DNA of 64,000 nucleotides. Source: Styela clava (Eukaryota). Both the position numbers and the translations under genes were made by a program. Where the stretch lies: positions 15,376,001 to 15,440,000 of the forward strand of contig NC_135261.1 of NCBI RefSeq assembly GCF_964204865.1, written 5' to 3'. Positions 13,203 to 24,447 of the stretch are shown one piece after another (positions within the stretch are counted from its first letter, which is position 1; every line of letters starts with the position of its first letter). Under the pieces are notes generated by a model that was not told the origin of the DNA, did no database searches, and was given only the letters and a program-made list of their open reading frames with translations.

Positions 13203-14297
13203 TTATTGCAGAACTACAGCACCTTTAGAATATGTTTGTTCAAACTTGTCAAAGACAGGAATTGGGGAAACTACAGTTTGCATTCTTTTTGTAGAGACAT
13301 TCCTATTATAGTTTGTTTCCCGAAAGTATTTAACGCCATATGGGAGATGACCAAATTTGGAAGAAGTATGTAAAAGAGGTTCATAAGGTTTTTCTTTAGT
13401 GCTGAATGGTAGAAAAGGAACATCGATAACTCTGTCTCTCCATTCTTCCTCTTTCATGAGTTCCCTTCCTTCATGTAATGATGTAAAATCAGTTGAAACA
13501 CGTAACGAAGGATTTAGAGGCCTATATCTTTGCCTATACACAATTACTGGATCCTTAAAGGGTCCTTGAATCTTTTCTTTCCTAATTGGCGGTAAAGTTT
13601 TTGTTGGAGGATGTGGCTTGAGAGTAGTATCTGTAGGATCAATCATGTCTAAAGAAACACTTGTTTTATATTGAGCTTGTTTCGTTTTCTGCTTGTGGTC
13701 AAGTGGCTGTGCCGCCCTTAATCTGAATTCCATTTCATGAGGATAGGGCCAGAAAGGAGAGTTGTATATACCAGGTTTTTGATGAGTGCTCAATAAATAA
13801 TGATGCTTGCGAGCTTGATAATGTAGTTTTTTTTCTAACTCTTCATGTTTGCGCTTCTTGCGATCGGTTTCTAGTTGTTCATGATATTCATCCAATTCAT
13901 TGCGAACAATTTGATTCTTTATAGCCAGGGCCTCTAGATATCGTTTCCTAGCATAGAAGTTATGAACATGTTCTCGAACATAAAAACCACGCCAAATTTT
14001 CTGAATTCTTGTGGCCATGCAGTTATAGAAATTCATTCTCATAACCATGACTGAATTGCGGACCAAGATTCGATAGAAACGGCGGCCCATGAAGCCACGC
14101 CAATTTCTTTGAATAACGATTGAACATTTTTGCAAGTGTCGCAAATAATGTCTCACACGTAATCCTCGATACCAGCTTTGAATTACGACAGCATTATTAT
14201 ATTCGAATATTCTATTTGCTTCGGCATCTTCATGGCTTTTATATTTGTCTTTCACCAGTTCTTTCTCCTTTCCTAGTAAACGAAGAAACTTTGCCAT
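13203..14297 (-). CDS. SPATA17: Spermatogenesis-associated protein 17 (IQ-motif protein), single coding exon, 364 aa
   Basis: Three IQ motifs (IQSWYRG, IQRNWRG, IQKIWRG), HYLLSTHQKPGIYNSP, QGPFKDP, YRPLNPSLRV. Confidence 0.92.
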   Translation of the reverse strand: MAKFLRLLGKEKELVKDKYKSHEDAEANRIFEYNNAVVIQSWYRGLRVRHYLRHLQKCSIVIQRNWRGFMGRRFYRILVRNSVMVMRMNFYNCMATRIQKIWRGFYVREHVHNFYARKRYLEALAIKNQIVRNELDEYHEQLETDRKKRKHEELEKKLHYQARKHHYLLSTHQKPGIYNSPFWPYPHEMEFRLRAAQPLDHKQKTKQAQYKTSVSLDMIDPTDTTLKPHPPTKTLPPIRKEKIQGPFKDPVIVYRQRYRPLNPSLRVSTDFTSLHEGRELMKEEEWRDRVIDVPFLPFSTKEKPYEPLLHTSSKFGHLPYGVKYFRETNYNRNVSTKRMQTVVSPIPVFDKFEQTYSKGAVVLQ

Positions 14298-14443
14298 GGC
14301 ACTGGCAAACTGACGATTTTTATTCTTAAAGCTAAACCAACTTCCCAGTCATTTCATTGTTTTCTGGCAAATTACGAAATGCAATCAAGGTAAAAAATAA
14401 ATAAAAAAACAGCCTCAGATTCTCAACAACACCTCCGCTTAGC

Positions 14444-14456
14444 GTTGCTAGGATAC
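14444..14456. promoter_or_regulatory. RFX X-box about 150 bp upstream of the SPATA17 ATG
   Basis: GTTGCTAGGATAC fits the imperfect X-box palindrome found at ciliary gene promoters. Confidence 0.6.
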
Positions 14457-14466
14457 AAAATGACTA

Positions 14467-14485
14467 TATTGCCCTCTTGTGGCGA
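14467..14485 (-). promoter_or_regulatory. CTCF-like motif
   Basis: Minus strand TCGCCACAAGAGGGCAATA resembles the CTCF core CCAC(C/A)AG(G/A)GGGC(G/A). Confidence 0.4.
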
Positions 14486-14777
14486 AACAAAAATAATTTG
14501 GAAGGTGTCCTCCGTGCATCGACTGTCTTTATCATCAACTTTTATAACAACAAATAAAAAGTTATAGATTAAGAACAATTAAATTTTAATAAGCCGTAAA
14601 ACACTCTTTTCGATCATGGTTGCTAACCTTGCCTAATTTTCGTAGTTATCAGTTTTGATTGTTAAATTTGAGTTGAGTTGCGCGAGACTAACTTCCTATC
14701 TTTTCTCTATGCCTTTATGCTAGTTGATCCGTATGCGTATACTGCAAAGATACTGCAGCTGGAATAAACATGACTAT

Positions 14778-15020
14778 TCTATCCAATTAAAGAGTCCAGC
14801 TGCACACTAACACAAATGTATTACTGTAACGTTTCGTTCGACCAGAGTCAGACTTCCTCAGACAAGCAGTTTACAACAAACTGCTTGTCTGAGGAAGTCT
14901 GACTCTGGTCGGACTCTTCCTCAGACAAGCAGTTTACAACAAACGACTGACTCTGGTCGGACGAAACGTTACAGAAATACATTTGTGTTAGTGTGCAGCT
15001 GGACTCTTTAATTGGATAGA
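14778..15020. repeat. Foldback/palindromic element with a nested perfect hairpin
   Basis: ~70-bp arms tctatccaattaaagagtccagctgcacactaacacaaatgta... are inverted at both ends; internal ~33-bp perfect stem with loop acaac plus a partial duplicate. Confidence 0.9.
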
Positions 15021-16813
15021 TTTGATTGTTAAGTTTGACAAATTTGAGGAAAATCGCTATTTTCTTTAACAACTAGACCAATTACTTTGAAATTTTCATC
15101 GGATAAAGATTGTATTTTCCGCTAGAAGTCTATTACGTTCGTAATTCCTAGATTTCCCATGATATTTGATATTTCGCACAAATTTCACTGTATTATTAGG
15201 TAAAATGGCGCACATTGCAAAGTATAAAAATGTACCCCTTGATTTTAGCGACTGTTTTTGCATTGAAATACTTTATATACGTATTTTATTCAAAATTTTT
15301 ACAATTAAGTTTTCCGCCTTTTTTGCGCCCTATCCAAGCTGCGCCCATGGATGCCATACCCGAGCCCCAGATCTCCACTGTCCACCAGTAGGTACAGGGA
15401 AATATTCAACTTGGATTAATAAGCTACGAATTTCAACCTATCATCATTTACTTACATAATTCAATGATGCTCATTGCATAATTCAAATAAAACCACTACA
15501 GTATGCATCCAAGTAAGAATATATCAAATTTCAAATCCAACAAAGAATAGCACGTGTGAATGTTGTGACGTATTTTTGCATGAAGTAATAACACCCGGGA
15601 GGAATGCTTGTAGGCCTATCTGAGATAGAGTACCACTTGTTAATACATTTTTCTAAAAGGTAATTTTGCTAAGAATTGTTTTATGGTTGGTCGTCCAACT
15701 TTGTCATATAGCAGGGATGACGAGCATTTTGGTGAATGAGCCAAAAATTTTATTTTTAGTGTTGAAAATGTGACTTTTGGTCATAGAAGCATCATAAAAT
15801 ATCTTGGGGTTAATTTGAAGAGCAACGCGTTTTTGGATGTTTATTAATGTCACATTCACAAAGTAATAATTCATCCAAAATAATATAAACTGCAGAGCAT
15901 CATGGAGAAATAAAAACTATCTCGGAGAAAGCCACGCAATACATGGAAACGCTAAATTTTTGGAAATATTATTAAAAAGTCAGAAGCCCTGGCTTGTTGT
16001 TGGGCCACAAAATCATTTTCAGAACCGCTGTATTAGACTGAGAACTCTTAAAACACTTAAACAAAACGGTTGGTAGAATGTTATTTTTGCGTCATTGTTA
16101 AGGTTTTGGGGGCAATCATTGTTCTAAATCTAGATAAAGCAAATTATGCATATCGTATGTTTATTGTACATGTTAATAATTTTTTTTAATAAATTATCAA
16201 AAATTTTCTACAAAATACATGATATGTTTGTTGAATATTCCTAATTAAAATAAACTTCCAGATACACCACTGTACTATTCGACCAGGTGATGGATGTTGC
16301 ATAGTAACACTGCGTCGCCAAAGGTCTGTAATACCACCCAGTCCATTTCTATTTTGTCATGCTTTGTCGTTCAAAATATCAGTACGCATAAATATTTTTT
16401 TTGAAGATATCTCCCGTCTGTAAACGTTTTCCTATCAACGCAGGTTTCGCTTTCCACACCGATGGAACTGGTTCAATTCCTAATGATCATCACAACCAAG
16501 TGTTTGAGCAAAAGTATTCATTTATGAAACAATAGATGCAAAGACAAAATACAGAGATGGCATTTAAGAAAATGGAAACAATTATTTTACAAACAAGTCT
16601 TGAATGAGGCAAACAAACTAATCCACAATGTTAGGTTGTTACCCTTGGAAATCTGGAGATAAACAACCTTCATAAGAGAACCACATAGTAATTACCTTCA
16701 GATTTCCCAACAAAATGTCTGATTCATACGTTTTTATTTGATGCAAAACAGTTGCTGATAAGTAGTGAATCCGTATGGGTATTATTTATATATAATAAAA
16801 AATATAAAAAGGC

Positions 16814-19800
16814 CTATACAAAACCATCAACATGACCATTCTCGTCATACTCATTGGGATGGGGATCGGGGTGATAGTCATCCACCCATTCTGATCTTTT
16901 GTCATTGTGGTGACTCCCGTGACTTCTGTGACTTTTATGGCTTCTATGACTTCTATGACTCTTGTGAGACTTATGTGTGCGAGAGTGAGAATATCTACTG
17001 GAGTCGTCATCCCACTCGTCGTCGTCGTTACTCGGAGTCATCATCATTGCCTCAACAGGCTGAGAAGAAATTTCAACTTCTGCAAATGACGAAAATAAAT
17101 TTAATTTATTGTCATCGTTAATCTTCACCTAATCTAGGTGCTTTTACTAGTACAGACATCAAAATCGATGTTAAACAAGTAAATAGCATTATTTGTTCAG
17201 AGGTGTGGTGCTTTAACTCAAATTTCGAAATTAATAATTAGACATATGATATATATCTATATGAATATTTTTGCTAAATTGTTGCCTAATTGTTGTTGTT
17301 GTTGGGGTGATATTTTTAGTGTAGAATCTTGGAAGTAGTTGTCAAATTACCTCCTATGAGATCCGATATATGATCCAAAATTTCTCTATTTTCATTTTAA
17401 TTCACGGAAACACTGTTTTTATAGCACCAAGCTTGACCGGCTCGACCGCGAGTTTCCTTTGTTTCATTTTGCCAATCTCGTGCCCAGCCCTACCGTAGGC
17501 TACCGATTGTCATGCGACATGTTTTATGTTCTTAGACGTAGTCATTTGTCCTCCGCGTTGCTTTCTCGTTAAATATATATACGAAGCCATCTGTGCAAGT
17601 TTGCACAGAATTGCTTACTAATATATATATTATACGTATTTACCTGTAACAGGATGCTTCCATTCATACGAATTTTTATCCACCGGTCTATTGAAGCACG
17701 TGCAGCAAGTTAATATGCAGCCCAGTCCCAAGGATAACGCCATAGAAAACCATCCAATAAACAAACATGACCCCAACGTGTATTTCACTCTCGTTGTCTG
17801 ATAGTAAGGTGACCAATACTCTCTCACAACTTCGGCAGCGTACCAGGACACCGCAATCCCAGTCAAAACTCCTGCATAGTAGACAAAAGTTAATTCATTT
17901 AGCGGGAACTTTAACATTATTCGTGATCGTGTGGTGTAGGCGCGGCGGTGTGGCTCAACGGGCTAAGCGTTATGAATACGCTCGTCACCGCACCTCTAAT
18001 TACTCCGCGTGGGTTCGCAGGTTCGAATCCCATGCAGAGATGGTTATGTGCAAGAGGATTGCTGGACTCCTCGCCGTCGTTGGGTGGTTCACGTAACCGC
18101 TGGTCGGTTACGGCTCCCTCCACCACCAAGTCCATGCTTCCGAAAACAAACAATATAACTAATCCCATACCCGACTTGGAACGGTAACCAGACGAGAGGT
18201 CGTGTTTCGCCATATGGATAAGTCGTCTTATCGGCTTTCCTCTCCCCCGGGATAAATATGTAAATCCTATCCTATGTACGTTTCATTGTATACGACAGCG
18301 TTTTTGTAATCACAAGACCTCTTTCTATAGACTCCCGGTTGTGTGGTGATTACGGAGTACAAAGATCACAACATCAAGTCTATTTTCCTTTGAATAAAAT
18401 ATTTTAAAATGGAATTGCCATCATAATTAATAAAGTAATTAAAAACGCATAAAACGCAACGCAATAAACGCATAACGCAATAAAATTAAAAATATGATTC
18501 ATCATCAAGAGGCAAATTTACAATAACATGATGTGAGAGCAATTGTTGACAAGTATTTTATATTTTTTGTATTTTTCATTTTCACAAATCAGGGTTATGC
18601 ATCGGAAAGATATGAAAAGTAAGTTGACAATAATACGAATGTAAATTTTATAAGTAGTGTGGCAAATTTGATATTCGCCCCCAAAAAAGGCCATAATAAC
18701 ATATCCGGGGTACAGGAGACTCAGTAAGTAACGTAGTACACAGTTAAATTCGTTCCAAATATTTTAGTTTAATACAAACCGGCGATGATATGACATATTC
18801 CGGCACCAAGATTTATCCATCGTTTTGTTTTACTGTCTTCTCTGAATGCTCTGGTACATTTCATTCCGGCAAGAGAAAGGCAGAAGGCAATGGCTGATGT
18901 AACGAGAGCAATTGCCATAAATGCTCGATATGCGTCGAGATGTGCTGCGAAAATGATTAAACAGAAATCAATCTATATCTTTCGAATTGTATTAGTTATT
19001 ATACAAAACTTAATTCTAATTCGCCATGAAATACAAAACATGGAATGCCTAGCCCGACCATACAAGCGACTTTGTCGGATTTATAAAACCAATATTTGGA
19101 CAAAAGTCTTGTCATGGCGTCTTTAATGCATACTCTATTACTTCAAATTTGCTATTCTTCGGTACTTTAAAGGCTTTCACTTGTTTGAACATACTATTGC
19201 TATTTGAACTTGTCGTATGATACATATATACTCTATAAATGGAATCCATAGCATCACCACACCAAACAAAGCTGCTTTGTTTAAGCTAATACTTGGGTAA
19301 AAGTCTAGCCACGGTGTCATTAATGCATAACCTATATGCGTTTGAATTTGTAATTATACTGTACTTGAAGCATTGTAGAAGTTTGATCATACTATTGCTG
19401 TTTTAGCTCATAAAGACAAAGGTCAATTTGAGCTAGTGAATAATAACGACGACTTTTTATACTACAAAATTATACTGCAAGATATGTTTGGACTTTCGGC
19501 AATTAGTTCCAACCTGATTTCAAATATTCCCTTTTTATGAATAACCTATATAGTTTCACTATCATTTTATAGACAAAAGGTTTAGAATTATTTTCATAAT
19601 ATTCTAGGTTTCATGTAACATTTAAATGATATTCGTATATTAGCTGTCTATGAAAATATACTTCCATGTCACAAGAATAAATGGTACACTAAGATTTGAG
19701 GTTCTCTTTTCTCGTGTATATTTACGAAGGATTTTATCGATGCATTTCATTCATACTTGCTTAGATTCCACTGGAACGAGCAGTTTTTAGGATCTACTCA

Positions 19801-21655
19801 CGTGAAAATTTGGAATATTATTTTATTTACAGATTTTTGAATAACTTGCTCAAGATTTCACTGTAAGTAAACCTAGTGTAATGTATGAGCACGTGATATT
19901 GGAGGGTAAATTGTTTATATTGGAGATTCTGAAATGAAGTTTAATATTACTTTTGAACAGTATTTAAAAGGATAACGATGTAGAAACCTGACTAATATTT
20001 TAATTCTGTACTGTAAATTCGTCAGATAGCGCTTTTGGGCCCAAAATCAGACTTACATAAATTTATTTGAATATTGCTCATTCTTTCTCAAATGCTGAAT
20101 GCTTGTTTTTTGTTTTGTTTATAGTAGTAAGTAATTTATATTACTATACTACTAATATATACTAATATATAATATCTTTGTAGAAGCGAATTAACTTTCA
20201 GAATTGTAAATTTTGAGTATTTCGAGTGTTGTTTATTTTCGAAATTTTAATTCACTCAATTTCAATTCACTTAATTTCAATGTCAAATATTTCTCTCGAC
20301 TTATTTTGTTTTGCCCCATTTATGACGTAAGCTCTGACTAACTTTACAATCGTGTTTGTCAAATAGAAGTCTAATAAATTTCACTTTCTGTATTATATGT
20401 CGTAGTCACTTCTTATGTACTGATGCGATTTGAGAGCAGAAGCTTACTTTACATGTTTACGATTTTATAGATGATAGATGATTTCGAATTGCAATGACGA
20501 ATCGAAATGAGTAAACATCAAATTTCAAATGCTTGTAACATATTCTTGAGGTTAATAATTTATTTCTGAACACATTTCTTGTATTATATTTCTAGAGTAT
20601 GGCAATATATATTGGAGTTATTATGTAAAAGTCATATACATATAAGAAAATCCGATTAATATATAATCTTTTTTATAAAATTTGGAGAACGATTTTTGTG
20701 AAGCAAATTTGATCGATTTCCTTTTCAAATGGTATCGTAGGGTATCGACTGTTATCTCAGAATTTGTTTTTCCACACTACACTGCGTTTTCCTTATCTAC
20801 GTCACATATAATTTTTTTTTTGAATGAATTAGGGGAACTGTTCTCTGCTTGGCAAAAACTTACTTCGATAACAAGTTGAGTAACAATACAGTTATATCAT
20901 GAGACCACATCGCAATACAATATAGGTTTTTGCCACGGATTGGATACCTAGGTTGGACTTTATTGCATTTTTTTCTTGAACTCACTCGAAATAATGTCGT
21001 TTATTTTTGAATGAAAGGATCTAAAATTATGAGTTTAAAATAAAATAACCCAATATGAAAATATTCCTTTTTGGAAAGAATCGGTTTAATAAGTTGTAAA
21101 ACACTACTTTACAGTGCAATTTAAAAAGTATGTAAGTTAAATTTCCATGAACTTGCTGAATTAAAATTAGAAGTAAAATAACAACTAATAAATTATTTAA
21201 CTATTTTTAATACAAGACAACATTTTTAAGTATGTAATAAATTGTACAGCGCTTTGAAATTCATATTTGTATAAATAGCCTATCTGACGGTTTCAGCACA
21301 CTTTGGTACGTGAAAAAGCTACGATTTTGTTGTCGACTTGTAAACTATTTTGATCATTTAAATGATTCTTACCGTAGATGCCATACTTGTAATAAGAGTT
21401 TGACACCCAAGTTTTACTGGAAGCTTGACGAGTTGACATCTGACCAATTTGATAGCATTGAGTTTGCTGGCGGTAGAAAGACATGCATTCCATCCATAAT
21501 CCTTCATATCCCCATACGTTATTGAATGCATTTATCGTTGCTTGCATCGCTGTTGTTCTCCAGAACGGAGCGGCAAATACAAATATTACCGCAACCAAAT
21601 TGAATCCTCCCAAAATTGCAGTTATCAAGCGGAGTCTGGCGCTGGACACCGCCAT
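16814..21655 (-). CDS. Claudin; exons 21655-21418, 18944-18780, 17871-17644 (or read through to stop at 17630), 17079-16814
   Basis: First extracellular loop signature W...GLWMEC...QC; exon 2 HLDAYRAFM...GMKCT; exon 3 AVSWYA...YTLGSCLFIGW; four TM segments; all junctions phase 1 and GT-AG. Confidence 0.92.
17939..18275 (+). mobile_element. tRNA-derived SINE, apparently full length, in claudin intron 2
   Basis: Pol III A box TGGCTCAACGG, B box GGTTCGAATCC (18020-18030), tail (atcct)n; related copies at 59057-59237 and 60568-60992. Confidence 0.85.
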
Positions 21656-24207
21656 AATGATATTGTCGATTAAACTATGAACTTATATTTCACTATTTAA
21701 ATGAATACAAAGTACACGTTATTTTCTTCATCTGTCATGCTTTTACTGTGGATTAATCAATACAGACATATACATTGCGTCCCAAAACGCAATGAGTTGG
21801 GAAACATTTTGCCTTGATTTGACGCTAATTTAATAATAAAAAAAAAAAATTCAGAGAAATTGGATAATACCAACAAAGTTAAATTTGTACTGTTCATCTT
21901 TCAGAGTTATCCTCCATCTTTTTATGTCACTCACATCTCCATTCTCTATGTACTTATCTCACTCTCCCAATCTTTTCAATTCGACCGTTGAGTGGGAAAT
22001 AGACTTCAAATAAGCTACTAAAAATTAAGCTACCCTGAGATATTTTACCAATACGATTGTAGTAGGGGCAATTACTAATTCGAAAGATCTCAGCCTACAG
22101 GGGCGAAGCTAATGCATTGGTGGAGAACCGATGCCACCCACACATGTCTACGTAAACATTCTAAAACAAAGACACCAGAGAGCCATCTAACATTTAATAA
22201 TATCTCAAATACGCTGGTTTGAAAACTTCTGAGCCAGGTATAAGACAATGATAAGTTAGCTTTACTATATATGTGGGCCATGAGTGTTCACAATAAAAGA
22301 ATATTATATTGAAGAGCAAATAAGTCAGTATGTTTGTAATGTCGTAATCGTGTACACATAACGATCCCGCAACGTAATACCTCACTCCTAGTTACGCTTT
22401 GCCAGATGAACTAGTTGGATATTAAAATTTCCATGTATGCTATACCGTTAATATAACAAACATTGTTAAAGTGCGTAAAGTTGAAAAATTTTCAATAAAA
22501 TCTACTACGAATACAAAAGCTTGCTGAATCTGACCGCAACTTTGTATTCCTAAATGCAACAAGTGTCCGATTTTTTATCTATACCATTTTTGTATATAAT
22601 TTTGAAAACCGGTCCTAAGTTTTGTCAAAACTGAAATTCTTTGTAAATTTTCGATTGAACCATCTTAAGGACATAAAAGGAAACGAAATGTTTTTTTAGT
22701 AAGAAATAGAATGCTGAATGCGATGGATAATTTTGTAAGACATTATTTAATTTTACTCCTCCAGTGCAATTGTACAGATTTTGCATTCACGGCCACCCTG
22801 GCAGAAATAAAGATCGCTCAATTTATATCACAAAGTAAATAACAAGTTTATATCAATGAACTTTTTTTACGTGAAAAAGAATATACATTTGAAAAGTTAA
22901 ATAATGGCACAACTTGGAATCAAATTCAGATTATTTTTTCATAATTTTGTTATTACACTATTACATATTAAAATAAGGTTGACCCTTTTGTATTTTTGAT
23001 TTCTTGAATGTTAATATCGTTCACCAAATATGATTCACGCTTGCCATATTGACTTTGTGGCTTGGCACATCATTTTCTTGTGATACAGATGACGTATTTT
23101 CTATCTGCTACAGTACCTTTGCATTTTCTCATTCTTTCAACCGAAGACTTTTTAGTTAGTTATGGAATATATATATATAAATTGTTGTTCTATAAGTTAT
23201 ATCTAATTTCTATTTTCCGTACTGAATGATAAAAGAGGTAATATTTTGACATAGATGACCCTCAATAAGTACATTTTAAATCCCAATTCAAGAATCTGCC
23301 CATACCTCCTTTAATAACTGAAGCGCTTCGCAGTTTTGTCTTCCAGCAGGCAATGGATAATTTTGTTAATAAATGCATTTTTCTTCTGCTTCATCAATAT
23401 GAAGTTGCTTATGTTTAGTCCTTACTCGCGTTTGAAATAATGAAACACGATCTTGTCTATAACTTCACTAAAACTCTGGGATAGCATTGATAATTTTTAA
23501 TTTATCGCGAAATAAGAAAAACTGTTTTTTAGCTTAGCAAATTTATAGAGAAGCTTAACACATAAGAATTATATATATTCTGCAAATTCTTGGTATGGGG
23601 GTTTTGGTGAGCAGTTCTGCTGAGGGCTCGGCTTTGTATTATTCACGGGATAGGATTTCATAAGTAGGCTATATTCGAAAAAATGGAAGCTGATAAAAGA
23701 ACACGCGGGATTCTGTGACGTGGTAATATCTAAAGGATTCAATTTATATCCAAGAGTTGTATTTGAAAACTACCACTAGATGTTGAAAAAGAGCAAAGGT
23801 ATTCCGAAACCATTATTCCTATTTTAAAGATGATCACGCCAACCCTTCTCTTATCGATTCTTTCTTATCTACCACCACCTCGCGGCTGACTAAAATTTAA
23901 AATCAAGCCCATCAATAAATTGAATGAATTGAGCGTTCAGACTAAATCACATTCTCGTACAATAGTGTTCATGAGTCGGGAGTATAAATCCGCAGCATTT
24001 AGGACAAATGTGAATGCATACGAAGATGTCGCGAAATGAATATATTCAGTCGATGCTTACAAAGGTTCAATGAAAGTCGGGTCCCTTTGTATAATTCATA
24101 ATTATATACTGCCCCGTTGTAATTGACTATACGTCATTGAATAGAATATTGCTGCTTTGTTGACGTTGGTTGTACCACAAGTGTTTTTCAGCGAATTCTA
24201 AAATGAG

Positions 24208-24447
24208 TTATTACCTATCGATCTCGATCGGTAAGTATGTTGATAGGTATTTGTCTGTTTGTTTGTTTCACTTTCGTATGTTACGCGATATCTCACGAAA
24301 TCAAGGTTAAATCTTCTCCAAGTTTTGCATGTGCATTCATCATATCTCGGACTAGAAGCCTATTGATTTTGGATCGCTATTGAGTCAGATCGAAGGAATC
24401 GAAACCACAAGATCGATAAGGCGGCGGTCTCCGATCGTTATCTAGTT
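24208..24447 (+). mobile_element. Helentron-associated/DINE-1-like short element
   Basis: Starts ttattacctatcgatct; matching subterminal inverted repeat agatcgataagg near the 3' end; (gttt)n microsatellite; short 3' hairpin; ends ctagtt. Confidence 0.65.

Noticed and set aside
17939-18035. tRNA gene
   Set aside because: A and B boxes are present, but I see no clean cloverleaf or poly-T terminator; it continues into a repeated body and tail with other copies, so it is a SINE
23280-23900. Exon-like fragments in the long intergenic region
   Set aside because: Interrupted by stops with no recognisable homology; likely decayed repeat or pseudogene debris
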